DNA from: Camelus ferus
Lineage: Eukaryota
Assembly (NCBI RefSeq): GCF_009834535.1
Contig: NC_045697.1
Span: 45,138,001-45,202,000 of the forward strand
Length of the DNA stretch: 64,000 nucleotides
Direction of reading: 5' to 3'
Shown: positions 26,383 to 39,892 of the stretch, one piece after another
Layout: each line of letters starts with the position of its first letter
Numbering within the stretch: position 1 is the stretch's first letter
The notes under the pieces: generated by a model
Seen by the model: only the letters and a program-made list of their open reading frames with translations
What the model was told of the DNA's origin: nothing
The model's database searches: none
Program-made: the position numbers and the translations under genes

Positions 26383-29300
26383 CGTGGAATGCATATCCAC
26401 TGGATCAGAAATTAGTCCCCGAAATTAGTTCCAGACATTCTATCATTGAAGTGGAATGCCACCTCTCATTCACCAGACCTGGAGCAGAGATATCACTATG
26501 CCACGGGATGTTTAGTTGCAGCTGCTGCCTCTAGCACAGGCCGAGCCTTAAGGAAAAGTGAAAAGTCCCCAGGGACTCTTTAAGCATCATAATCACTATA
26601 ATACTATGGACACCGAACTCCAGGGAAAAGATATGCCCATAACTATAACCAAGTCAGTGGAGCTGGGTCAAGTCCATCGCTTCCGGGCCTCCTCAGGCCT
26701 CTTGGCTGACTGCTGAGGTATCCGATGGAGCCAGTCTAAAAACTGACAATTTAATACAGTCTTAATACGATGTAGCATTTACCAGCTAGAAAACACCTCT
26801 GAAGTCATGTCTCTAGTCTCCTCATTTACAGTTGAGGAAACTAAGAATCTGAGATCTTAATGTCTCCAACAGAGAGCCACGATCTGCAGGATCCTTGTTA
26901 TTTGTTCCTACACGAATTGGCCCTTTTGAAAGAATGGTCACTGCTCTTGCTCTCCCGGTGAGAAAATGAGTCCCTTCCGTTGTCTGCCTTCAACAGGCTG
27001 TCCTATTTTGCATTTCCTTCCTCATTTTGTATGCTCTGGAACAAGTTCTGCTAGCCTTTTTGCAAATGACTTATTTCAATATACTGGTCAGTTCTCCCTA
27101 AAATAACTGTGTAACAGGTTCAAACATTATCTCTTCCTTGAAGCATAGGTTGATTACTCTGCAATTCAGAGTGAAAAAAAATTTCACCACTATGTAATTT
27201 GTAGACAAGAAAGAAAGATAAAGATGAAAGAAAAGGAAACAAAAAGAAAAAAGAAAGTCTAAAAACTCCTATAAAAGTTTATGAAGCCTAATATAGGCAC
27301 CTTACTTATCAGGCCAGAAGATTCTGGAATTTATGTCATTGTGATATATCTTAAAGGCTTGATTCTGGCAATATATATGGGTGGGTTTTTTTTTTCCCCT
27401 CACCAATGAAAAGACGAAGACCAAAATTCACATTCATTTTTATCTTCTTGTATGTTCTAAATCAAAAAATAACAAGTAGTCTTAATGTAAGAGCAGGGGC
27501 AGGGCTAAACAAAATCGTACCTATTTAGAGATATTTTCAAAACAGAAAGTCCTAGTTCAGCTATTTTGGGGGGAAGTACAGCTTGTTTAGTATTTGGAAG
27601 TTAGAATGTTGGGCTTACAACTGGTGTTTGACTTTTAACTTAGGAAGGCAGGGCATTTCAAAAAGAATTTGTTATGAGTTCTTAAAAAACAAAACAAAAC
27701 AAAACAGAACTTAAGACAATTGTTTTATTTATCTGAGTAACGTTATCCAGACTAAGATATTTTATTTGACCCTCTGTTATGAATTTCTTGCTGTGAGAGG
27801 TATTAAATTCATACCTCCACAGAGAAGGCCTTGGTCTTTCTTAGGCTTATTTCCTTACCTGCTTTTCCTTATGAGATAATCTCTTTAAAGTCATTGAGCA
27901 ATAGTCTGGGCCAGAAAATTCCTATTTCTTTCAACTCTTTCCAAACTTCACGTCTCCAAGCAACAGCCATGTCCTTCCACCCTATTTACTCATCCAAACA
28001 CATCTCCAAACATACACCTTGACTCTCCGAACAGACCTGAAGCCACTGGACCATTCCACCAATAGGGAGACATTTCCACACATTCAACCTCCATTTTCCT
28101 TTAGTTCTTGACCACTCTTCAGAGACAGCTGATTGGAGATAATTATGTGAGTAATTGTAGATTCTAAAATTATCACTAGTTATGTCCAAGCCCTGGAAAC
28201 ATTAGTCATATGCTAGTGGTGTTAGTCTGTGGGAGATTTGACTTTAAAGCAGGCTTCAGTCAAGAATCCAAGTTCTTTTGTGTGTTTACTCATGGTACAC
28301 ATTGCAGCCTGAGAAGGTATACACATAATCACATCCAAAAGCAAGAGGAGGCTAATTTTTATAAATTCTGTGAGATGTACAACATTCTTTAACAAACTTT
28401 TCAAATATTATAATTGTGTATAGCAGGACCAAACCAAAATCTCTGGAATTTGATTAACTGTTATATAATGTAAATGTGATTAATCAATGAACCAAAAAAG
28501 GTAAAACAATAATTTTCCAGTATATATTGCCTTAAAATGTAAGCTTTAAATACAGAAGTTTAAGGTTATGTAATATAGTTATATGAAAACATCCAATTTT
28601 TATGCTTTGTTTTTCTTTCTTTAATCAAAGTTATGCATAAATGTGATTTAAAGAATACAACTGTATCCAAGTTTTTTTTATTAAACCTCAGACTCCCTGC
28701 CCCTCCCCCCCAAGCCCCATCTTCTCCACTGCTTCTCTCCAGAGGCATCACTTTGAATTCTTTGTTGCTTGGAAAACATCCAATTTTGATCATAAAAATC
28801 TTCTGGTTTTTGGGAGAAATTCATAAAATAGAAAAAAAATATATTGACACCTGTGTACCTGCTACCCACAAATGATAATACTGAACATTTTGTCATGTCT
28901 GCTTTAGGTCTTTGTTTATGAAAGAAGTCAAACACTACACATAAAGTCGAAGCCCCCTCTGTCTCCCATCCCCAGTCCCACCCCATCCCTTCCCAGGAAC
29001 AGCTATTTTCATTCTCTAGTGAAATAGTGAGACTGTGTGCTCTGCTCCATTTGTTTTTGTGTAGAAAAATATACTTAGCATCATGTTTTTTCACAGCAAT
29101 ATTTAAATATATTGTACAGAAACGCTGATTTTACAATGAAAATAATGATTATCCATGAGTCAAAATGAATGTTTGGACAATTTGCAAACTTAAACTTCAC
29201 AGAATTATCTAGAAATCATAACAATGCTGTAATATTTATGAAAAATGATACAGACTTATGAAAATCAATTATTTTATTATATTAAACAGAAAATACCTGA

Positions 29301-30537
29301 GGTATAGGTCTTCATGATGACAACAGTAAATGCTTATTAGAGAAGCTTTTTGATTAGCATAATTTCTTGAATATAGTTTATGAAGTCTGATTAATAGTCT
29401 AGACTATGGTAACTTTAATGATGAAGCAACTAAGGCTTTACTATTTCATTATCTTGAATATTAAATAAGATAAATGGCATTAGGAATATTTAGAGGATTC
29501 TAATACAAGATACTAGCAACATCTGAAGAATTCTCCTTTATCATTTCATCAAGAAGTATTTAGTAGAGAATAGTTGTCATAAATATTTGAAAACAAATTA
29601 TACTTCTGTAACGTTGAAGTAGTTCCACAGATTTCAGCCCTGCAGGAACAATCAGGAAGAAAAATCGTGCTGTTTTTGAAGTCTTCGGCTTATCATCCAG
29701 ACTCTTCAACTTGTGTAACTTGGCTGCTATCTTGTTGGATAGCCTTGGAGAGATCATTTAATCTCTCTAAAACTCAATTTTCTCACCTCAAAAATGCCTT
29801 GGTTGGTGGCACTAGGGTGGGGAAAGATTAAAAGAGATGATCATTAATATTTCTCCCAGCTCTAAAATTTTATTATTCTATTATTCATTTTCTCCCTCCC
29901 CACTTAATGTTCTAGGACATAGATTGGCAATTAGTCAAAACTGAGGGAATTTTCTAGCAAAATAATCACACTTAACATTAAAGGCTATAAGAATTTGAAA
30001 CAGAAAAATCTTTTCTTAAGTTGTAAGATCAACTCATTCACAGGCAACCAGACAAAAACCACTAGAAAGAGAAATTAGAACTAGAGAAATATATGTATAT
30101 TTATTTTTCACTATAAAGATTTTACAGGATGAAGAATATTTATCTCAATAAACTCATGTTAAACATAGCTGAATGTCTACTCCAAAGAGTGATACATCAT
30201 ACCAAAATAATGTGTGTTTAAAGTTATGAAATGGTTTGTTCGTAGAGAGAAAATAAGTCACTATGCATTATGTGATCAGTGATGATGACACTATCTCATG
30301 ACCTTATGATCAGGCCAAGTTATTTTATTTCTCAATATCATTATCCCTCCAGGGGATGTTAAAAATAACTACTTTGTAAGAGTAAATAAGAATTGACAAA
30401 AGAGCAAAATAACAATGCATATAAAGGAAAAATAAGTAATGTGCCGTTCACAGTTCTTGTCTAGTATAAATGAAGATATAGCAAATTTTTACATCTTCCT
30501 AGAGGACCTTGAAAACCTACTGTACCTGTTGTGGAAC

Positions 30538-30998
30538 TGAGATAGGCTGGGACCCAGGACATGAGACCCTTCACCGGGGTGCTTGCACCTGGACAAACAT
30601 CTCCTCCAGCAACAGAATGCAACACAACTGTAAGGGACTAAAAATAGCTGCAAACATGTCAGTTGGGACAATTATGAACAATAAAATACAAAAAGACCAC
30701 AAGCCGACTGCAGTTTCTAGGTGTCGGGAGCAAAAGCAGGGTACCGTGCATGGTCCCTGCACGGGGCACCACCAACTGGGTGGGCAGACCACCTAAGCCA
30801 AGCCTTCTGTTCAGCCTCCATTGTTAATCCACTTAAGATCCAAGCAGCTCCTTTCAGGGAGCAAGCATGGGCAATTGACTCTTGCTTTCACTCTCCTGTG
30901 CTGCAACAGGAGCCCCAGTAAAGTCTTGCCTGACGTTTTCATCTGGCCTCATATCAATTTCTATTGATTAAAGAGTCCAAGGGCCCAGGTTGGTAACA
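30538..30998 (+). mobile_element. ERV1-class solo LTR (461 bp)
   Basis: TG...CA termini flanked by 4-bp TSD GAAC (30534-30537, 30999-31002). GC-richer than flanks; AGTAAA/ATTAAA-like signals near the 3' end. Confidence 0.75.
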
Positions 30999-33799
30999 GA
31001 ACTTCTCATGCAGTCATTACATTCTTTTGTTCAACTTTAAGATCTGGCAGACAAAAAGTGACAGTGAAAGAGGATCACATGGATATGTGGAAGAAACCTC
31101 CCTGAACTTATCTTTTCTATTTAGTAGTATCTTCTTAGCAAATCTAACTCAATGGCTGTCTGCAGTATTTTTAGTGATCCCAGGAAAAGAAAACACATAC
31201 CTCTGTAATGACCACTGTTAGAACGCAGTGACTGTCACTGACATAATAGTCTTCCTAAATGAGGCAATGAATGTGAAAAGACGTAACAATTATTAGGAAT
31301 TATTGAGGAGACCATTCCAAAGCTGAACCAATCATGTGTTTCATCACAAAAATCCCTTCTAAGTGGCAGAGTTCATTTTCTAGTTATGAAAGGATTGACG
31401 TGCCTGGGTAGGGACTCAGGATCTTGAATATCTAAATCTTCACGTCCTGCCTTCATCATCCTTCTTTCAGGTTCCGGGGAAGTGTATGTATGTAGGTCAA
31501 TGCCAAACACATACACACTTTATCACTATGAAAATCCAACATGACCCCCTTGTAAGCTAGGTTGGCCCATGGGGAGAATTCTATTTATTCAGGCTAGAAG
31601 CAGGAAGAGGGACCGAAACCAAAGCATGTCAAGCAGCCTCCTTCCCCCTTTCACTTCAGGCTCTCAGGTGATGAGGAAAGGGAAGTCAAGGAAAATCATG
31701 CTAAAAAGCAAGGGAAGATAAGGAGTTTTTCCAAGGTCTAGAGTCAAGCTGGTCTAACTGACCTGCCCTCAACATACTATTGCAGATGGGAGAGAGTCCA
31801 AAGAGAGGGGATCCCAAGAAATGGAGCCTGGATCTGGAGAAATGAGACCTATGGCTCCAGAATGTCTTAGTCTCTACTTAGCCACAACACTAGAGTGTTT
31901 CCTCCTCCTTGGTGAAAGGGGCAGGGCTGGGGGTAGGATCTTTTTTTTTTTTTTTTTTTTTTCCTTTAAATCTATTCTCTGTGCAGTTGCTATTTCTTCC
32001 CTCCTTCCTTTTTACATAAAATAAATACTTTGGTGTCTGTGCAGTACTGTAGGTACTATATGGCTTTGTTTATTTTTAAACTGTTTAAAAAAATAATAAT
32101 TGGGTTTATGTGTTCCAGAGAAGCTGTGATTAGTTCAGAAATGCTAAAGGATAAGTTAACCAGCTACAAATTTATATTAACCTACCTTGCTTGGGAACTG
32201 TTAAAATGATTTCCTCAGAATTGCATCTGATCATTCTTCACATTTTTTTCTTTACGAAATTCTTGCAATCTCTTGTCAAGATACATGAGAAACAGTATGT
32301 TATATTTATGAAAAATAGGTTTGTCTTCCTTGGCTTTGAAATTGAGAAGGCTGAGGCTATGGTCTAGATGGGCTGTGACCAATGCCTTCATTTTCTGCCA
32401 TTTATAAACTGGCGTAAAGTTTCCAGAGTGACATTAAGAAACTAAATGACAGAAAATATGTGGAGGTGTTTTGGAGAGTTACTTGGCCATTTCACAAGGC
32501 CCTTCAAGATCCAGAGAGAGGGAATTTAATCTTGAAAAAGGCTGCCATTCCACATGGAATACAGTTAATGTTTCTCTTACCCTGAAGCCATGGTCCATCC
32601 CCTGACGCTTTTCCCTCTTTAGTCCTGCCTGGTGTCCTGGAACTTCATTCCTCTTCCACAGGATAAGTTTTAAGTATTTTAAGGAAGTTATGCTTTGTGA
32701 GATTTTCATTTAAAGTTCAAGTGTTTTAAGAAAATCATAAACTACAAATAATGATATTAAACTTGTGTCTGAGACAAATAATAAACATTGCTTTGCAATG
32801 ATAAGAAACAGCCTCTGGTTTAACTTAAATACACACATCTACTAGTTTTAACAGCAATATCTAGGGCATGTAAAATGACTCAAATTAAAAGTAGATTTTT
32901 TTCAGACATTATTTCATAAATCTTGCACTAAGTAATTAAATCCATTTTCTAGAGTGGGAAGATGGGAACTTTGGAATCAGAGAGACATGGGTTTAATTCA
33001 TGGCTTCTCCAGCTGAGTGGCCTTGGCAAGTTATTTACCTTCCTAAGCCTCATTCCTTCATCTGAGAAATAGAGAAAATAGTTTCTGTATCTCAGGGTCT
33101 TGGTGAGGATGAAAGATAATGTAAGCAAAAAATTCATTACACAAATATGCTGAAATACTCAACAGCAAATAAATGGAGTGAACAATATCAATATTTGTCA
33201 ACATGGATAGATGATCAAAATCAAAACTTAGCGAGGAAACAGTGAGAAACTGAATGACATGGACTGCATGATAACATCTAGACAGGTATACTCATGTGGT
33301 ACTCACATAAAACAATACCGTCATTGTTCATGAAAGGCAGATTGAAAAACTCACACTAAATACAGTGTGAAGGAAAGTGCCTTGGGGACAGTGAAAAGTG
33401 GGATCTTAGATGGGAAATGAAAGAGACTAAAATAAAAGGAAGAATGTTGGACATGGATCAGTCATGATGATTGTTCTAATTTTGTGTACCCGAGGTCCAA
33501 GAGGAGAGAAATAGAAAAATAATGTTTAGCAAAGAGCCAGCCACATAGCGGAAGCTCAATACAAGTGGTTATTTTTATTACTGGAGTGGGGTCCTACTCA
33601 GCAAGTGTTTATTTTCATTAGTTTGATTGGTACTATTGAGCTCAGCAACATTTACAGAGACAAGAGTTGAGCCAATGGAGTCAAAAGAGCAGAAAGAAAC
33701 TGACAAGTAGAGAATAGAAAGAATATCTTTTCATGATAGAGAATAATTAATACATAATCATAATAGCTATTACTTATTAAGTGCTTACCATGTACTAGG

Positions 33800-34090
33800 C
33801 ATTCGTTCATTCATCCAACCAACATGTATTCATTAAGTGCTTATTAGGTATGAGACAGTATTCTAGACATCAGAAATATGGCAGGAAAACAACAACTATA
33901 ATGACAACAACATACCAAGCTCTTCTGGAGCTTATATTCTGGTGAAGGGAGGGAGGCAAAAATAAGTAAAATATACAGAATGTTAATTGTGGTAAGTCCT
34001 ATGGAGGAAACGACAACAACACAGGGAAGGACCAGATGTAGTGGGGGTGACTGCAGTTTGAAATAGGGAGGTCAGGAAATACTTCTCTGA
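33800..34090 (-). mobile_element. L2 fragment (other L2-like pieces near 8160, 13770, 18780, 22700, 25150, 35370, 52500)
   Basis: cattcgttcattcatccaaccaacatgtattcattaagtgctt...tggagcttatattctggtg is an L2 3' end in reverse. Confidence 0.7.
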
Positions 34091-35689
34091 GGGACATGGT
34101 TCCCAACTAGTTTCCTGTATTATCTCTTTTCATCTTCTTCTGTGAAGAAACCGTGATTGCTATTTTTCAGATGAGTAAACTGGGGCCCAGAATCCTTCCT
34201 TGCCTTTACTAAGGTTTGATGCTGGCTCAGTGGTCGAGACAGGATTAGGGTTTGGCCACCTGACTCTGGAGCTGTCTCCTTGTGTATTACCTCTCAGACA
34301 GGAGCTGGAAGGGGCCCTGGGGGACCGGCCAGAATGGGGAGCAAGAATGCGGTTTAGTAAAGCATTGAATCAATAGTATCATAGGATCCATCTTATATTT
34401 TTTAGAAATTAAAATAAACATCTTTGGTTTTGGTGGGGAAAAAATACTTCAGAAAGTAAAGCTAGGCAAAATCTTCTGGGCTGGTGGGTGTATCCAGAGG
34501 TTACAAAGGTGATGTCAGATATTTCCATTAAGAAATCAGGATTTAGTCCAACTCCTTTAATTTATTGCTACAGGACCAGGAACCTCAAGATTGTAAATGA
34601 CTTGCCCAACCTCCTATGGCTTGTTTGTTGCAAAACCAGGATGGAAAACTAAGCTTGAAAGAATAACCAACCAGCACAACCACAACAGCTGGGCTGGGCC
34701 AGCCAAGCCTCCATGCTTTACGCTGAATAGCTGGCCGGGCCAATTTCACTTGGACTTTCGACTTTCTTTAAACTGCAGAGAAGCTCAAATAGGTGAGAGT
34801 GGATTTCTGAGTCAGGGAAGACCCGTCTGCAGAAGAGGAGGAGGGAGTATAATTAGAGAAAGAGACATGAGAGGAGGCACAGATGAAGAGAATGAGAGGA
34901 GGCACCAGCTAAGTTTAGGCAAAATGACTGTCTCCATCCCGGGGAAGGAGAGTTGGGGGGTGGGGGTGGGAGACGGAGCAGGGACAAAGAGGTTCCTCCA
35001 CCGCAGTAATCCTAACTATAGCATTATAGGACAGGTATGAGCAGTGTTGTTCTACACACGGGAAAGCTGAAGCTCAGAAAACTACTTAAGGTCACAAAGC
35101 AGGCAAGAGAGTCTCCGCTATTTGAAGGTTTCCTTCTTTCTCCGTCTCCTCCTTCCCTTGTTTAGTTGTTTCTTCCCTCCAGCCTCTTTTTATTTGTACA
35201 AGGTGAAGGATTGGGGTTTTTACCTTTTTTCAGTTATCAAGTATCCTCTGATAAGAGTATACGGTTACCATGGCAGCACAGCCTTTACTGAGGACAGATC
35301 TCCCCTCTGCCTCCAGAATCGTATTTCACAGCACAGGTTCCCTTTCTCTGTGGAACTTAGAACAGCCGCACTTTTACATTGTATTTGGGTGACCATTTGC
35401 TTAACGTTTTTCCTCTACCAGACTATAAGCTTCATGACAGGGAGCCGTCTATTTTTGCCTGGAGTGTGCCCCCAGCGTTTTACACAACACCTAGCACTCA
35501 GGTTTTCATAAATATTCGCTGAGGGAATGTTCTTGTGGTTTCTCTCAGCTCTCTTCTGAAAGTTACACGGACAGTAACCTCTAGCTCATAATTATGTTAA
35601 TAGATACTGTATAACAAGTCAGGGCCGGTATTTACAGGTAGCACACAGGTAAATGAACACACACAGGCATACACATGACTGCACAAACA

Positions 35690-36530
35690 GCCCCCGGCAG
35701 GTGCACCCAGGAGGAAGCGCACGGCGGCGGAGCTAGCCCAACCAGCGCTGGTAAACACGGCTGCGCGGCGGGCCGCCGGCCTCCGCAGCGTAGGAGGGCA
35801 CCCGGGCAACCGCGCCACTGGAGTCGCCGGCCCCCAGGGACGCATGGACGGGACCCGGGCGCCGGGGGAGGTGGCAGAGTGGGCGGTAAGCTGCGCCGTG
35901 ATTGGTCGTGCGGGGCGGGGCTGGCGGCGGGAGGCGGGCGCTGGGAGGAAGGGGGTGTGCGCGGCGGCTGCGGCTGTAGTTTCAGTATAAACAAGGCATC
36001 CGACTGGTTGGGCGGAATCTTTTTCCTTCTTCCCGCGCGCTTTCGCTCCCTGTCCTTTGGTTGCGTTGGTGGGCGCGCGGCAAACAGCCGGGAAGTTCGA
36101 GGACCCGGGGTCCATCTGCAGGTGGGTTGTTCTCCGGTCATCAGTTCTCCCAGGAGAAACCCGAGCCCGGCAGCGGGAACGCACGACCCTCCTGCGCGCT
36201 GTGCACTCTCCGGGGACCGGGGAGCTGGGCGCGGAGCGAGCCAAGCTCTCTGACTGCGCCCCGGCTGTCGGTGCCCCTGGAGGCGGCGGGAGAGCCAGGG
36301 CCAGCGAGCGCTGATTGGTGCAAAGCCCCCCGCAAAAGCAGGGGACCGTAGGAGTCCGCCTGCCTGGCCGCCGAGGGCGTCGGGGGTGTCCCCGGGAGCG
36401 CACCCGGTGCCAACAGGTGCGGGGGCCAGCCGCTGGGGCCAGGGCGGGGACAGGCTTGGGTTTTGGCTTGCTTCTTTCACCCTCGTCCCGCAGCCAGGCT
36501 TTCTGTTCCGAGCTCTTGGTAGTTTTTGAG
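35690..36530. promoter_or_regulatory. RASGEF1B: CpG island / RASGEF1B promoter
   Basis: Dense CpG, GC-rich tract in an AT-rich background. Inverted CCAAT (ATTGG 35901-35905), GC box GGGGCGGGG 35912-35920, TATAAA/forkhead-like GTATAAACA 35985-35993. A weaker CpG shore extends to ~37330. Confidence 0.9.
35970..36121 (+). other. RASGEF1B: RASGEF1B exon 1 (5' UTR)
   Basis: Donor CAG|gtgggt at 36121/36122 inside the CpG island. Joins exon 2 as ...CTGCAG|GAAAGCATG, resembling the recalled mammalian 5' UTR. No ATG within this interval. Start approximate. Confidence 0.75.
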
Positions 36531-39500
36531 GATTTGTGTGAGTTCTAGTAGCGTTCATCCTTTCTTCGTCCTCTCCTCCCTTCCTGTGCTCAGCTAGGTT
36601 GTTTCCTACTTTTTGGCTAGTTTTCGTGAGTGGGTGGGTGGGGGGAACTGTTTATTTTTGGTGTCGGAGCCTTATAATCTAAGGTCTAACTCTTGGGAAG
36701 AGACAAGGGAACAGAAGTTATGTGTTCGCCACTGACGAAGTGAAATTGTTTCATTCCTCCGTTCAGCTGGCAAACTTGGGGACACTACATGTCGTCTTGC
36801 TCTTTCCTGAGCTCAGGTGAGTCGCCTCGGGTCACCTGGCCAGGCGATGATAACGTGAACTGGGGGTACTTGGGAGCCCCCCGGGCTGCTAGCGGGAGGA
36901 AGGCGCCTCTTTCTAGGGGAACCGTGGAAACAATTTCAGTGCTGTACAAGAGAAAAGGGGCGGAACAGGGGGGCTGGAGTGTACGTGTGTCTGTCTGACT
37001 GAACGCGTACCACTGGAATATTGATTCCCATCTTACCCCACCTGATCGGCGCAATTCAGACAAGAGCAAGGAGCAACGTAGCTAAGTCCTCTGACGGTGC
37101 AGAGGGCGGCACAAGTGTAGTAAATAGCAGAAAGAGATTTCTAGAGAGCGACTTTCTCCTAAATGTAGATGTGTCCGTCTTCACCGATGAATTGAGTGGG
37201 TATGGTGTGTGTATAGATGAATATGCACACCGATTTGTGTATGTGTGTTTGGGTCGAACGCGTCTCCAAGGAGTCCTTCGTCATAAGCACCATGTGACGA
37301 CGGTCAGAACTGCTGGTGTGCGTAGATCTATATTTAGCCCTGGATGATGTCTCATGGCCAAGGGAGGGTCCCTGAACCGGGTGCATAAAGGGGAAGAGTT
37401 CAGGGATCAGGGTTTTGCTCTCTTGAATGATGTCTAGTACAGTCAGACTCAGATGGGGTGAATAATTATTCTTTCCTCCCAAACAGTAGCCGGAGCCTAG
37501 CATGTGATGGCTGTGTCTTAATTTAAAACACAGACCGTCGTGATAAGCCTATGGGAAGCAAGGAGGTTACAGTTAACCAGAGTATATGCCTGATTGGAGA
37601 TTTGGGAGGAAAACAAGTAGTCAGGTGAGGTTTAGAGCAAATGTAGAAATCGATTCCTCAAAGGAAGTAATAAAAAAAATCTTGGCTGTTAAGATGTTCA
37701 TAACAAAAAGTGGAGCAGATCATTAATGGCTGTGTTATTTTTCAGGGGACAGTGGTTGAGCCAAGGAGGACCTAGGGCACTTTTGACAGAAATCAAGGTT
37801 CACAAGCAGTGCCCTATTAATTAATTATTAGTTAATCTGCCTTTCAAGCAGATTTTCTGGCAAAGTGAAGATCAGCTACTGATTAGCAAGTTTCTTGTTG
37901 ACATTCTTCCAGGACATGTTGGTCAATCCTTTGTTTTCCTAGAGGTGGCAACATTTCTGGCTACTAAGCTTTGTACTTTCCAGTGGTCTAATGAGGTGTT
38001 AAATGCTTAGAGTTTATTTCTCCCATGGTGCATTTTCAGTCTTTCTCCATTTTATATACTCCACCAGATATTTATTCTAATACGTGGGATGATACTGTCT
38101 TTTGGAATAGAAAATCATCATAAAACATTTATATTTATTATCTTTTTAAATTTAATTCATTCTTAGGCATGTATTATTAAATATTCCTAAGTATCTATTT
38201 ATCATAATAATACACATTTCTTATATTACTACTGACATTACATTCTTACAGTGTTAACTACTGGCTAATAAACTACAATAGTCCAGAAAAAATCAGTTGA
38301 ATAATACCTATCTAGGGAAAAAAGAAATGGTGAGAAAATTGATGAGGCGAAGCTAGGTTGACTTTGTTGGTGAGGTACCCAGTATGGCAGAGGAAGTGGT
38401 GGGATCAACTTTATCAGTCTCCAAATGTGACCTGGAAGAAGTGGACTTCAGAGGAGCATTTGGGTGACCCCAAAGAGAGTATTTGCTTGGGCGGGAGATG
38501 GGGAAATGAGGGTGTTCTCCCTTACTTAGGAGAAGAACCTAGGGTCCCTGAAGCAGGGGTTTAAAGCCTTGTTTCTGATGCTACAAATAGTAAGTGAAAA
38601 GGCCATTATAACATTTTGTGAGGTTTTAGAGAGACAAATTGGGCTGTTGAAAATCCTGAAGATTGAGGGGATTTTTGTCTTTAGTGGTTGAATTCAGGTG
38701 TTATCTCCCTTTCACTTTTCAAGAACTATAGTTGTCCATTTTGGTTTTCCAGTTAAATCTACAAAAATCAGATTTGTGCAACCCTTAATTTTCCTAAAAC
38801 AAGAGACGTAGTCTAGTGCTGGGCAGATTTCTGCCTTGGGAATAGAGAAACTAGGATTCTGGCCAGTCTGGAGCCCTGACAAGTCACTTACTCCCTCACT
38901 ATACTGGCAATGGCTGTGAAATTGATGAGGTGTCAAACTGGATGATTTATGTGTTAACTGGTTTATTTTGCTGTGCTATCACTGCATTCATTTGTACCCA
39001 TGAAGTAATGGTCTACAGTTAGATGTTCAGCTACTTTCTGGGTGTGTGGAAATGAAGAGAGGAGAGTGATATTTCTTTTTATTCATTAAAATTATACAGA
39101 GCTTTATTATTTTCTTGAGCTGGGTTTTGCTTTTGTTTTTTTTTTCCTATGAGTGTATTTTAAAAGCTGATTATCAAGAAGGGAGTCAGGAAAAATAGTT
39201 TGATCTTTGAAGTCAGTGTTACTATTCTGTCATTTTTTAAACCAGCCTTTTGACCATTTTTCTCTTAGATTGGTGTATTTACTATTTCATTTCATAGTAT
39301 GTCTGCATCTAGAAATCATTCAATTGATTCAAATTTTATTAGGAAGCCCTGGTATAAAAATTAGTTTAACACAGGGAAAGAACAAATTAGTCTTGTAAGG
39401 AAGGAAAGCACTTTATAGACTGCAAGTATCCTTCAAAGAGGAAGAATAGAGGAGGCGGCTATGTGTATTTTTTCAAGAACTTGCAACCCCAAAATAAAAT

Positions 39501-39705
39501 TATCACATTAACTATGTTCCATAATAAAATGTAAGTAGAAAATTCTACTTGCTTACTAAATGTCCTCACTAAGTATCAGGTCATTTTTCCTGCTGAGGTG
39601 AATTGGGTTTAGAAACATAAACCCTTTAGTAAAGGATGCTCCCCATTGGATATTCTATAATTTGGCTTAAGATCTGTTATGTATGAATGATTCAACTAAC
39701 TATAT

Positions 39706-39892
39706 CTGTGCTGTTCAGAATGGTAGCCAGTGCTGTTCAGTAAATAACCACATGGGGATATATGAACTTAAAGTTAATTAAATTAAAAAAAGGGCCCTAG
39801 TCACATTTTAAGTGCTCAATAGTTGCGTGTGGTGAGTGGCGGCTGTATTGAACAATGCAGAAAAGGAACATTTCCAGTATCCCCAGAAGTTC
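39706..39892. mobile_element. MER3-like hAT DNA transposon
   Basis: ctgtgctgttcagaatggtagcca...cacattttaagtgctcaatag...tattgaacaatgcag. Confidence 0.7.

Noticed and set aside
35597..36558. Long minus-strand ORFs (268 and 308 aa) over the CpG island
   Set aside because: Low-complexity Arg/Pro/Ala/Gly translations typical of stop-poor GC-rich DNA; several frames are open at once; no recognisable domain.
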